Positions 25,310-37,009 of a DNA stretch of 64,000 nt are shown piece by piece. Every line of letters starts with the position of its first letter. Position 1 is the first letter of the stretch. Location: NCBI GenBank assembly GCA_001179505.1, contig CDMY01000360.1, positions 37,787-101,786 of the forward strand, written 5' to 3'. Source of the DNA: Vitrella brassicaformis CCMP3155 (Eukaryota; Protista; Chromerida). Below the pieces are notes generated by a model. That model was given only the letters and a program-made list of their open reading frames with translations. It had not been told where the DNA came from and did no database searches. Position numbers and translations under genes: made by a program.

Positions 25310-27978
25310 ATGGCCGAAGATGGCAAGCGAGAAACGAAGCACGAGGACGCCAACGATGTGCCGATGCAGCACAGCAACACAGCTGACCTCATCCACCTCT
25401 TCCCCTCCCTCACACTCCCACAGACCATGGCTGGGCAACAAGGAGCACCCACCCACAGCGCACAGCAGCAGCAGCAGCGTCAGAGCCAGTCGCCCCAGAT
25501 CACGGTCTTGCGCTCACCACAGAGGGAGAAGACGCCAAGAAAAGACAGGTCTGTCTGCATGGCTCACACACAGATGGATTGATAATCAATGTGCCTCCGT
25601 GATGACAAACGGTGTGTGTGTTTATGTGTGTGTGTCAGTCCTGATTTCAGCGCCGTGCCCTCTCTCGGCGAGCGGTTTTCTGCGCTACCCGTCGGCCCAT
25701 CCATGGGCTCACTGCCGCAGGCGTCGCTTGGCCTCTCACCGACGGTGTCTGCTTCACAGGTACACAGCACACACAGATGGATCCCCATCCATCCATCCAT
25801 GTGTCCATCCATGTGTCCATCCATGTGTCCATCCATGTGTCCATGTGTCAATGGCCTGCAGCCGCCGCAAACGACCTCCCCGCCCACATCGCCGCCCCTC
25901 TCCTCGCCAGAACACGCAGAGGTATGTATGCGGTGTGGCGACACCTCCCCATGCGTCAGTCATGTGATGCCTGGCTCTGTCTGTCCGCCTGTCTGTCTGT
26001 TAGGTGCCCCCCATTGACCTGGCTGCCGCCGTCGCATTCCTCACCTCCATCGAGGCGTGCCCGCCACACATGGAGGGCGACCTCCATACCCTCGGGGAAG
26101 AGTCCCCACTCATCAAACCCGCCACAGCTGCAGCAAAGGACAGCAACGGCGGCCCCACTGCCCCAGCCACACCCCCGCCAGCCGTCCTCCAACCACCAAA
26201 GTCGCCATCGGCGGACGGAGGTGTGGACGTCATTCACGACAACAAGGCGTACACCTTCGTGGGGTCGCTGGGACAGATGGTGCCCAACAAGCGTGTGGAG
26301 GCGCTGCTCATCCGGCAGGGACTGCTGCAGGGCCGCTGCTACTTCACCAGCAGGAAGTCCTCCCTCTACGTTTTCTCGACGCTCCCACACACAGAGGGCG
26401 GGGGCGGACAGGGCGGTATGTTGAAAACCGGCAAAGCGGCTGGCGGGCAAGGTGTGGGTGTCGCTGGCGGCGCCACCGCAGCGTCCGCACCTGCCTTATT
26501 GGCCGGACAGCTCTCGCCCGGCGTGTTTGTCAATGTGCGGAATCGTCACACCCGTCGGGCGGTCAAGAAGAAGCCCCAGGGTATCTCGTACGAGACGCTG
26601 TTGGTGCCCACCACCACCAGCGACATCGACGGGGAGGGCGAGGGTGTGGGTGTGGGTGTGGGAGGGTACGATCCCTTCTACCTCGACAACCCCCGACTGA
26701 AGCAGGGGAAGCACCAGACGCTCCTGAAGCTGCCGTCCTACCAGATATCGCTGCTGCCCTTCGTGCGCCCGAAAAGACTCAAGGAACAGCTTAATGAACA
26801 GTTTCAGCAGGTGGGGGATGGGTGGGAAGGTGGGATTGAAGGAAGAGTGGCCGGAGAATGGCATGGCATCCATCTGTGTGTGTCTGTCTCTCGTGTGCGT
26901 GTCTGTGTGATTTGTGCAGATGCATTCGTGGCTGCACCCTTCAATGACCCTCTCGAAGCTCAGGTAGAGTTTGCTGCGCTAGAATGACTGACATCAGCGC
27001 CACACGTGCGGCCAATGTGTGTGTGTGTGTGTGTGTGTATGTGCAGGAACCTGAAGGCCGATCTGTTCGGCCTGATCGACCAGCTGCCCGAGCTCGACGC
27101 CGCCACGGTGGCGTGCGCATGGGCCTACTTCGAGAGGCTGGTGATCAAGGGCGCGGTGGTCAAGACGAACCGGAAGCTGTTCGGCGCGGCCACCCTGCTG
27201 CTGAGCGTCAAGTTCAACCAGCCCCACCTGACGATCAACCAGGGCACCATGGCCACCCAGTCAATCCTGCCAAGGCTCGGACACGCCATACAGGTCGGTA
27301 GGCAGATCATGCACTGCAGAAGCACAGGCACTACACGGGAGTTTTCTCTCTCTCTCTCTCTGTGTGTGTGTTCTCTGTATGTGTGTGTGTGTGTAGGGAT
27401 TGGACAAGAAGGAGAATTTGGGTATGGTTGAGGTGCGTGCGGCGGAGTTCGAGGCCTTCACCTTGCTGGACTTCTCCCTGCAGCTGTCATACTGGCAGGT
27501 GTCGCCACACATACAGTACTTCCTCGACAGCAAGGTCAGCCAGCCGACCACACCACACCACACTCACACCGACCTTGCGCACCTGCACACCCAATCATCC
27601 TCTCTCTCTCTGTGTGTGTGTGTCCTATACCATACGCAGGATCTGACCTTCGAGGAGTACTACGGCATGTCCGAGGAGCAGCTGCTGGCCGCTCTGGACG
27701 CACCCACAGTCGCCCCCTCCCTCCCGGCCGCACTCACCGCCGTCAGTGTGGCCACGGTGACGCAGCAGCTCCCCCAGAGCTCGCCAGAGATAGTAGGTGC
27801 TGTGCCAAGTGTGGTGTCCGGCCTGTCGCCATCGCTGCGATTTCACCATCACGGGCTGCCCGGCATACCTGTGGGGTGTCTGACGTCGCCACAATTGCCG
27901 CTGCACACTGGTGTGGGTGTTGGTGTGGGTGTTGGTGGTGCTGGTGGGGGTGCGGTGACTGCCAGGCGGTCGACGTGA
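25310..27978 (+). CDS. CABLES-like cyclin-fold protein
   Basis: [46 protein letters not shown]|...[11 protein letters not shown]...[15 protein letters not shown]...[17 protein letters not shown]...[12 protein letters not shown] matches the CABLES C-terminal domain. The N-terminus has AAAVAFL. Confidence 0.8.
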
Positions 27979-28298
27979 GATAGATGTGTAGGTGGTGGAT
28001 GGATGGATGGGCGGGCGGACGTGACACCTGTGGAGGGTAGACTTGGACCTGACTGACTGATCTCCTGATTGAATGAATCACATGCACCCAACTCCTTGAT
28101 GAAAGGAACCGCGTGAGCGAGCGGAATCAGAATTCCATTGTCGATCGCACTCCACAGCAACACTTACGAAACCGTGCATCAGTCAGTACTGACTCAGTCA
28201 GTCAGTCCACACACACATACACATACACACCCCTCCAACCGTCCCTTTGGGACCTCATACACACCACACCACACGCATGCCCTCACTCCCTCCCTCAC

Positions 28299-29908
28299 TC
28301 ATTCGGTCATCAGTTGGACAATGCCGTGTTTCTTCTTGCCGGCCGACAGCTTGACCTGGCTGCCCCCGTTGAAGTCCCCCAGCACCAACACACGGTTCAC
28401 GTCATCCACCTTGGCGTCATTCAGCCGCGCCCCGCCTCCCAGTATCAGCCGGCGCGCGTCAGATTTCGTCTTGGCAAAGTCCAGCTGCTGCAGCAGCTCC
28501 ACCAGCCGCACGCCCTCCTGGCTGGCCAGCTGCCCCTCGCTCACATGGAGCCGGGGCAGCGAGTCGGTGGACCCTTGGCCTTTGGTGTTGAAGACTGACG
28601 CGACGGCCTGGTGGATGGCGGGGAGGGCCGCACGGCCGTGGAGCAGACCCGTGGCCTCGTCGGCCAGCACGATCTTGGCCTGGTTGATGTCGGCCCCTTG
28701 CAGCTGCGCCAGCTCGGCGATCTGGTCCATCGGCACCTCTGTGAAGAGCTTCAGAAACCTGCACACACGCACACCAACCATGCCGTGAGGTGTCGTATGT
28801 GTGATGGATAGATAGGTCACTCACTGACCTGATGGTGTCGGCATCGTCAGTGTTTCTCCAGAACTGCCAGTAGTCGTAGGGCGACAGCTTGTCGGCCGTG
28901 AGCCACACGGCTCCCTCGGCCGTCTTGCCCATCTTCTTGCCGTCCGATGTCGTTATCAGCGGCGCCGTCAGACCAAACACCTTCTCAGAACCCATTCGAG
29001 CTGCAATCCAATCTCCACATCTCTCTGTCTCTGTCTGTCTGTCTGTGTGTGAGATGTGTGCATACAATACCGTTGAGTTCGACGCCCTGCACAATGTTGC
29101 CCCACTGGTCGGACCCCCCCATCTGCAGCCGCACGCCATACCGACGGTGCAGTTCCAGAAAGTCATACGCCTGCAGGATCATGTAGTTGAACTCCAGAAA
29201 CGATAAGGGCTGCTCACGGTCCAGCCGCGACTTGACCGACTCGCGCCGCAGCATCGCATTCACCGAGAAACAGGAGCCAAAGTCGCGCAGGAAACAGAGA
29301 TAGGAGAGGCCCGACAGCCAGTCGTCATTGTTGACCAGCATGGCGTCCGTGGGGCCGTCACCGAATGAGAGGAACTTGCGAAAGATGGCCGCAATCGACT
29401 GGATGTTGGAGTCGATGGCCTCCTCTGAGAGCATCGCCCTCGCCTCGTCCTTGCCCGACGGGTCGCCCACTTTGGTCGTCCCGCCGCCCAGAAGCACCAC
29501 TGGCTTGTGGCCGCACTGCTGCAGGTGCCGCAATATCATGATCTGCACCAAAGACCCCACGTGCAGGCTGTCAGCCGTGGCATCGAAGCCCAGATACGCC
29601 GACACGGTCTCCTGGCTCATCAGCTCATCCAGGTGCTGCAGATCTGTGCCCTGGTAGATGAATCCCCGCTCGTGCAGCGTCCGCAGGAACTTGGACCGGT
29701 AAGAGGTCTCGCCTTTGGCTTCAGCGACGGCCGGCGACTGGTCCACGGCCGTGTCTGCTGACATCTGAGGGGCGGGTCGCCTCCATCTCTGTCGGCACGC
29801 GGAGAGCGGCTGATGTGACGACGGCCGAAGGACGAAGCCGAGGGCTGCATGAAAACAGATCAGCAGAACTGCGGAGATCTTGACCAGCGGCGCTGAATAC
29901 GTATCCAT
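28299..29908 (-). CDS. tyrS: Tyrosyl-tRNA synthetase, bacterial/organellar type with bipartite leader
   Basis: [15 protein letters not shown] (HIGH), [19 protein letters not shown] (KMSKS), YDYWQFW and a C-terminal S4 domain ([16 protein letters not shown]). Signal peptide ends ...HAALG-F. Confidence 0.95.
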
Positions 29909-30125
29909 CGGAGCGGCGCTGCAACGGCGATCGGGAAGTCTGCGAGCTCCCCTGGGAGAATGGAAAGAGAACCGATGGCGATGGAGGAGGCTTCAGCACC
30001 GGCCGTCACGAGATCTGCACTCAGGTGAGTCTCGTCGGCATTCCTTAATTGCTGTTAGTTGGCATCTTTCCTGTCGTTTCGTCTCTGCCTTGCCTGACTG
30101 TCCTGAGGACAGCCGGCTAGGCCGC

Positions 30126-33100
30126 ATGAGCACGACTGCGTCAAGCACGACAGCCGCCAGGGAGTCGGACAGCACCCTTCGGCGCAAGGGCAGCAGCGGA
30201 GGCGAAGATGTGTCGGATGTCGAGTCGAGGTCTGATGTGCGGCGGGGCGGCAAGGCGTGGCGAGAGGGCAGGGGGAGGCATCAGACCACCCTGGCGGAGA
30301 TATTGGCACACCAGGGACGCACCAATGACTGGGTAGGGAGAAAGGGACGTGGGCTGCTCTGCTTTAGAGCAGCCCGTGCACCTACCTGTGTGTCTGTCTG
30401 TGTGTCTGTCTGTTTGTCAGGTGCGGTTCCACATGGGTCAGTTCCTCCGCGAGTACATATCTCACTTCCTCTTCTTCACTCTCGGTACGGCAACAGGCGA
30501 AGAGAGAGATAGAGGATGGACAGTGGCTGTCTGTCTGTGTGTGTCTGTTGTGACGTATGTCAGGCCCGCTGTCCCTGCCCCTGCTCCGCCTTGTGTATGG
30601 GTCGTGTCTGGGGCTGTCCAATCGTGCCTTCATCCCGCCGTTTGTGTGCGGTGCTGTCGGCCATGAGCAGACCCCACTGGAGAGGAAAATCCGCTTCAAG
30701 ATGGCCAGGTCACAGTACCTTGACTGGTATGTATTGACGGCACACATACATACACACATCGCATCGAGGCTGGTCTGCCTTCTCGTCCATCTTGTGTGGT
30801 GCCTGCCGGCTTGTTGACCTTCAGGTTTTGTCAGATGGGGGCGATCATTCTGTACATCATGTACACGCCTCATATACACGTCAGCGCCATCGAGGTCAGC
30901 CCAGCCGGCCAGCAGCGATCGGATTCGGGCACATCCAGCATAGACAGACAGACAGACAGACACAGACTGTTTGCCTTCTCTTTTTGTGTGTGTGTCGACG
31001 TAATATATGTCATCCATCGGTCACTGTCACTCTATCAGGTATTGTACATGGTGATCTGCATCCAGCTGCGGATCCTGGTAGTGTCGGTCAAGTACGGCTT
31101 CATGCCCGACTACCAGTGGGCGGCGCGGTCCATGCAGCCTGTCACCATCAAGGAGTTCCTCAACGAACTCCTCTTCTATGGCTGGCTCAACTCGCCACCC
31201 GATGTTGCCATGGAGCAAGCAAAGGTACACCCACACTCACACACACACGCATCCACCCACGCATCTGTGTTCCCCTCACTCAACACGCCCTCGTGTGTGT
31301 CTGCGCCTGCATTTATCTGTGCAGGAGTCGATGCAGCGGCTGGGCTTCCCTTCAGGAGCGATGACGCGTTTCCAGCCCCCCGAGCATTTGGTTGCGAGCG
31401 AGCAGCGGCACGCCTATGCGCTGCTGGAGCGGCTGGCCAAGATGCAGCCGACCGACATATACTCGATGAAGCAGGCCGACTACGACAAGATCTACGCAGA
31501 GAGCGACGAAATGGCCGTCAAACCAGGTAGGAGGTGGGCCAAATGCATATGAATGGACGGACACTCCGGTAGTACCAATTGGTACCCTGCCTCCCTCTGT
31601 CTGTCCTTAAGCAGAGCATTGCGGAAAGGCCACTACCAGTGGGCACCACCAGACGACTCACCAGATGGACGTCGAGAAGGGCCCAGTCTCCTGCCAGAAC
31701 TTCTCCCCTGACGTGAGCCTCCCAGCCGACAGCGGCGAGGGCGGTGACGTGGTGCAGTACGCCCTGGTGCCGACAGCCAACCTGGTGCATTTCTTCATCG
31801 TGGAGGCCTCCGGCCACTCTCGATTCCCCAGCAAGTGGCGGTGGCTGGTGCTGTTCTTCTCGGCCATCATCTGTATGGGGCCCTCCTTCGCGCGCCTGCA
31901 CGTTGGGAAACCTTTCTTCGGCGGCAGCTGGCAGGCCACGCTGTGCATCTGCCTCATCCTGTGGTCAACGGCATGGAACACCATGTGGGTGCCGTCCGTA
32001 TGTAGATGTGATATAAATGGGGAGGGTGTGGATGCGATGGGTATCCTGCTGGTGTGGTGTGCGTGTGCAGGTATAACTATTTCTTCCTGATCATCGCTTA
32101 TCGTGAGTTCTCGCGTCGGCGTGACGTAAGCACACACACACACACACAAACAAGCCGCTTGACACGCACTCACCCTTGTGTGTGTGTGTGGGTGTGTGCA
32201 GCTCATGCGGTACTGCGGCTACCTTCTCTGCTCAGAGGGCGTCAGGACTGAGACGCTGCCAAGGAACCTGAGGCTCATGCCAAGGCAGGCCTACACATGG
32301 CATGGCGGCATAGCAATCATCGATTGTCTTTTCCCTCTTTCTCCCAGGTTGGAATCGTCAGACTCACAGTCGATTCGCGGCTGGATGTTTCTGCGGCGGA
32401 CGCTGCTCGACTGGGGCCGCAAATTCCAGCTGAGAATCCAGCTGTACTCGTCCTTCTTCTTCGCCGCCAACCTTATCCTCATCCTCTGGCTCGTCTGGGA
32501 AATGCTCGCCGAAGGGGTGAGGAAGGAAGGGAGCGCTCACTGGCCTGGCTATCATCTGATCTGGCAGGCAGTCAGTCATGTGTCCTCCATCTGTGTTGTG
32601 AATGTTTGTGACCTTTAGCGTCTGCGTCCCCTGACGGTAGTGGTTGCGGGTGTGCACAACGTGCTGCTGGGTGCGTGCATGCTGCTGCTCATATTCAAGG
32701 CCAAGGGCATCAACGACATGGCCGCCATACACTCACTACTCCTCTACGGCCACCAAGTCAGTGAGACTTCACACATACACATAAACAAAAGCAGAGAGAG
32801 ATACCGTCGCACGCCCTTTCCTCTCCCTCTCTGTGTGTGTGTGTGTGTGTGTCATGGGTGTCAGGAGCGTGTGACGTCCATCCTCACGCGCCACGTGTTC
32901 GGCATCGAGGCCCGCCAGCAAGACGCCATGGCGGCCGAAGACGACGAGTACAACTACACTCACGACAACAATGACACCAACGAGACAGCCACCGACCCCG
33001 CCACATCGCCCCCCACCTCCCCGCAGCCGCGGCCCTCTGAGGTCCCGCACGCGCACATCGAATCAATGCCATCTGACCCCTCCCTCCCACCCATCATCGT

Positions 33101-33487
33101 CGGCAAGAGAAACACCGGTCGTGTGCAGCGGTGGGACAGCCGGTCTGCTGCTGGTGGTGGCAGTGGCAGTGGTAATGGTAATGGTAATGGTGGTGGCGGT
33201 GGGCTGGACGACACGACGGTGCTGCACCACCTCTACTTGGCTTTGGAGAGGATAAAGCTGGTCGCAGAGCAGATCAAGATAGAGCATGCGAGGGAGCCCA
33301 TCACGCTGCTGGGGTTCCGGGCGGGCCCTGACCTTCTCCGTGTCAGCATCGCCATCCCTATCTTTGGTAAGAACGCTCAGGGACCGAAGATGCCCGATGG
33401 ATCCATCACCGCTGTCTGCCTGTCTGTCTGTCTGTCTGGGTCATGTCAGGTCTGTCTGTCTTGAGCCAGTACTTCTCGAGAAGCTGA
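30126..33487 (+). CDS. Multi-pass membrane protein, candidate gustatory-receptor-like / PHTF-like 7TM channel
   Basis: About 12 in-frame exons with roughly 7 hydrophobic segments. Contains SIRGWMFLRRTLLDWGRKF. The spliced C-terminus is PITLLGFRAGPDLLRVSIAIPIFGLSVLSQYFSRS*. The family call is my inference. Confidence 0.6.
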
Positions 33488-34455
33488 TCGGCTGACCACC
33501 GACACCTGCAACGCCTTTTCTTCGTTTCGTCACTTTTTGTGGTCGTACACTCACTTACTCTAGCTAACGCTGTGGAGGTCCATGCTTGGTGCGCGTGTGG
33601 GTGTGGCCCATGGGTGCCGGCATAAGTACCACCACAAGACGGACACGTGGTCAGTTGGCAAGTGAGTGAGACTTCAAGAGGTTTATCTTTCTGCTGACAT
33701 ACTGACCGTCTTGTGTGTGTACTTGTCGGAGCCCATCAGCACTAGAACCTCTGGTGCGCAATGCAATACGTAGCCATGCCACGACTGACTTGTGGTGTGA
33801 GTGAGTGAGTGAGTGAGTGGGTCGGTGTGATCGATGTCATTGATTCCTTCATGCCATGTGCAGAGAGAGAGATGTACACTCACTACACGGAAAATGGCCT
33901 GGCCTGCCTGTCGACCTGTCGGCATAGGTGCACGCGTGTACGTCAGTCATGTCAGATGTGAGACGTGTGTGAGTGAGACGTGTGAGAGCGACGCCTTTTT
34001 TGGCGGGCCTGACTGACTTGGAGAGGCACAGAAGTGAGGGCTTTGGCTGGGGCTTTGGTTGGTTGGGTGCTATAGGTATGTCACTCGTTCAGTCGCTGTT
34101 GAATCATCGTCCGTGTATGCGGAGTCAAGCGTCCAAGAGAGCAACGGGACCACCAGATATAAAATGTACGCAGCGATGCACCCAACACTGACCGACGTCC
34201 CTCATGCACTGCACCACACAAGGCAGGACTCCCTCCCTCCCCCCGCCTCCATCCACACACACACAAACCGTCCATCCAGCAATCCATTCACACACATGGA
34301 TATTTCGCACTCTAGCAGCACTTCGGCGGATAACACAGCCGTCCATCCATTACACAAATCAAGCCCAGCCCAGCCCAGCCCGTTGGTTGTTGTACTCACA
34401 CACGAAAAACCCATACAGCCGTGTGACAGTTTGTGCAACCCTTCTTCGCGCCTTC

Positions 34456-35750
34456 TCAGCTGTCCTCCCCGCCCGCCTTCCCAGTCGCATTTGTTCCCGC
34501 CGCCTCTCCCTCGCTATCGGCCTCCCCGCCCCGCACCCACGAGAGTGCCCAGCACACGGGAGGCATCCCATGGTGGCGTGGAACTGCTTCGTCCAGGACC
34601 ACGGCAGGAAGCAGAGACACCAACCTATGGATGTACAATGTAAGCAGCGATGAATGACTGCAGCAGACACACAGAGACCGAGATCTGCTGCGTCCGCATT
34701 GAGCGCTACTTCCTCCCTCTCCCTCCCTCCCTAGTGCTTACGTGACTTTGTTGGCCCACCAGGCACAGCGACCCCACAGGCACTCGTCAGGCACATGTCT
34801 GTAGTCTCCCTCCATCCGTGCGAACACATGTATTTTTCGCACTTTGAACGTGGCGGCTGGAACTACTTGGGAGTGAGGGAGGCCACATTGCAGCGTGAGA
34901 GTCATAATACGGCCATCCATCCATCCATCCATCCATCACACAACAAGAGAGCGAGGGATAGGTAACTGAGAGGCCACAGCAGCTCTCATCCACTGCCTGC
35001 AAATCCAAAGCCCGAGCCACCATGCCCTCGACCCAAAGAAGCCATCTCCGGATCCTTCTGGTCGAGCGAGAGGCGGTTGAGGTCAAACAGCGAGGGACAT
35101 CAAATAGGTCCGGAAGGTCTCGAAAGCCACGACAGCAGCCCGAACATGATGGTCCGATGTCCAAATCTATCTACAGTGCAAATGGGAGGAAGAAAGGAAG
35201 AGAGAAGAAGCGGAGGAAAGGAGTCCTCACCGCTCATGGAATGAGAATGGTCTATCGCCTCCGTTTGTTCTGTCGTGTACTGATGAAGACCACCACCGAC
35301 CTGGAGCAGCAACACAAGAGGGAGAGAACACCGACACAAAAGTGGAGGGGGAAATCCGCTGTGCTGCTGTCGCTTCCCTTACCCATCCATTGTCGCCTCG
35401 CCGGGCGCACCGGCCGTGTCAGATCCCAATGGCACCACCCAACACGCCCTCCATTGGTCGTCGGCTGCAGTTACCATGCCAAACATGTCGGCCGTCACCA
35501 GTGGCAGCCGCCACTCGTCTTCCTCCCTTCGCCAGATGCTTTAAGAGCGATGCTGCGGCGGAGGTTGGTGGGCTCGAGTGGGCTCTAGGCCATGCTGCGG
35601 TGGGTGAGCTCGTAGTAGGTGATGGGGGGGTGGCGACCGGAGATGTGAGGAGAAGCGTAGGAAAGGCAAGTCGTCTGTCTCGTCGAGAATTTCGCGTGAA
35701 ACCGCTGCGAAAAGGTTGTGCCGTGACGCGATTTCCGGAGTTATGGCCAC
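34456..35750 (-). CDS. Possible small multi-exon hypothetical gene
   Basis: Canonical donors and acceptors (GTAAGG, GTGAGG, GTAAGC; CTCCAG, CTGTAG, CTGCAG). The last two segments join in frame (…WWANKVT|HSSLL…GGEDS*), but I could not assemble one continuous frame. Confidence 0.3.
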
Positions 35751-35780
35751 ACACCTTCACTGGTAGCAAGGGCTTTATCC

Positions 35781-36689
35781 ATGGACCGAATTCGGCGAAG
35801 CTCAGCTCTTCGAAACTCCTCGGCACCGTCATCCGCCTCATCCGGTGCGCTTGCGGTTCGACAGCGCCTCCGCAAACTCGCCAGCAGACCCCAGGAGCCC
35901 ACACAGCCCGCATCTGGTCAGAAGACTGCTCCCACGCCCTGTGAATCCTGCCGAAACCGGCCTTCCGCATCGTTGTTCGACAATGTCGCGTTGGACACTC
36001 TGTGCCACGCCCTCAGCTACTGCGACTGCCGCAGCATCGTCACTCTCGGTGGTGCATCACGCGCGCAACAGCGGTTGGCCAAGCACCGGAGCGTGTGGAA
36101 GACACTCGTCGAGCAATCATATCCCGACACAGATGAGGCGAGCAAGCCGCCTCACATCAGCTGGCGGCGGTTCTACCTGTCCATCAAGGCGGAGCGCATC
36201 ACGGCAGAGGTCCGGCGGCAGACGGTCCTCAAGGTCAAAGTCCGGTCCTTGATGCAGCAGGCGGACCAGGAGATCTATTACCTGCAACAAGAGATCATTC
36301 GGCTGGAGGAGAGCATCAATGACGCCCTACGTCGCCAGCGCGGCCTCACCAAGCAGTTCCAGGAGCTGCGGGCCATCCGATCCTTCGAGACCAGCTGGGC
36401 GTTGCAGGCGGTGAAGGACCGCTATGCGGGCGAGGTGGGGAGGGGCAGGGGCAGCACGTCGACCGATGAATGCCTCGAGGCGCTCAAGGCGCACCAGAAG
36501 GACACGCGCGAGCAGCACCAGCAGTACGTCAAGAACCTGGGGGGCGTGCGGCGGCGCATATCCGAGATCCAAGGGAAGGTGCCTGGTTTTCGGCGGCGGC
36601 ATGGTGTGATGGTAGCCAAGATCGAAGAGCTGAAGCAGCAGAGGGAGAGGATACAGAGGGCAGGAGGGCCGGCCCCAGCCGACAGCTAG
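35781..36689 (+). CDS. F-box-like protein with C-terminal coiled coil (intronless)
   Basis: 302-aa ORF with LFDNVALDTLCHALSYCDCRSIVTLGGASR...WKTL (F-box-like), followed by a heptad-rich helical region. Confidence 0.7.
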   Translation: MDRIRRSSALRNSSAPSSASSGALAVRQRLRKLASRPQEPTQPASGQKTAPTPCESCRNRPSASLFDNVALDTLCHALSYCDCRSIVTLGGASRAQQRLAKHRSVWKTLVEQSYPDTDEASKPPHISWRRFYLSIKAERITAEVRRQTVLKVKVRSLMQQADQEIYYLQQEIIRLEESINDALRRQRGLTKQFQELRAIRSFETSWALQAVKDRYAGEVGRGRGSTSTDECLEALKAHQKDTREQHQQYVKNLGGVRRRISEIQGKVPGFRRRHGVMVAKIEELKQQRERIQRAGGPAPADS

Positions 36690-37009
36690 GTGACGGTGTG
36701 TGTAATGCACACGGGGGCGCTGATGTGCGTGAGGGTGTCAACAAGCGGGTGATGGTCACGGAGGGCAGGTGGGTGTTAGATGTCAGGGCGAGCATCGATA
36801 TCGCCATTTTTGCGTGCTGAGCAAGACCGTGCCTGTATACAGACTGTCGAAATGTGCGTCATGAATGGCGATGATGGGCATATGATGGGCATGAACCTGT
36901 TGAGATTTTCCCAACGCACTCCCAATGGACGAAATAATAACTGAGCACAATTAACGGCTCGTAGCAGCAAGCTGTCGCGCCTTCTCTTTCCTTTCCCGCG
37001 CTTCACACG

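Noticed and set aside
25793-25848. 12-bp tandem repeat CCATCCATGTGT
   Set aside because: An intronic compound microsatellite like many others in the window.
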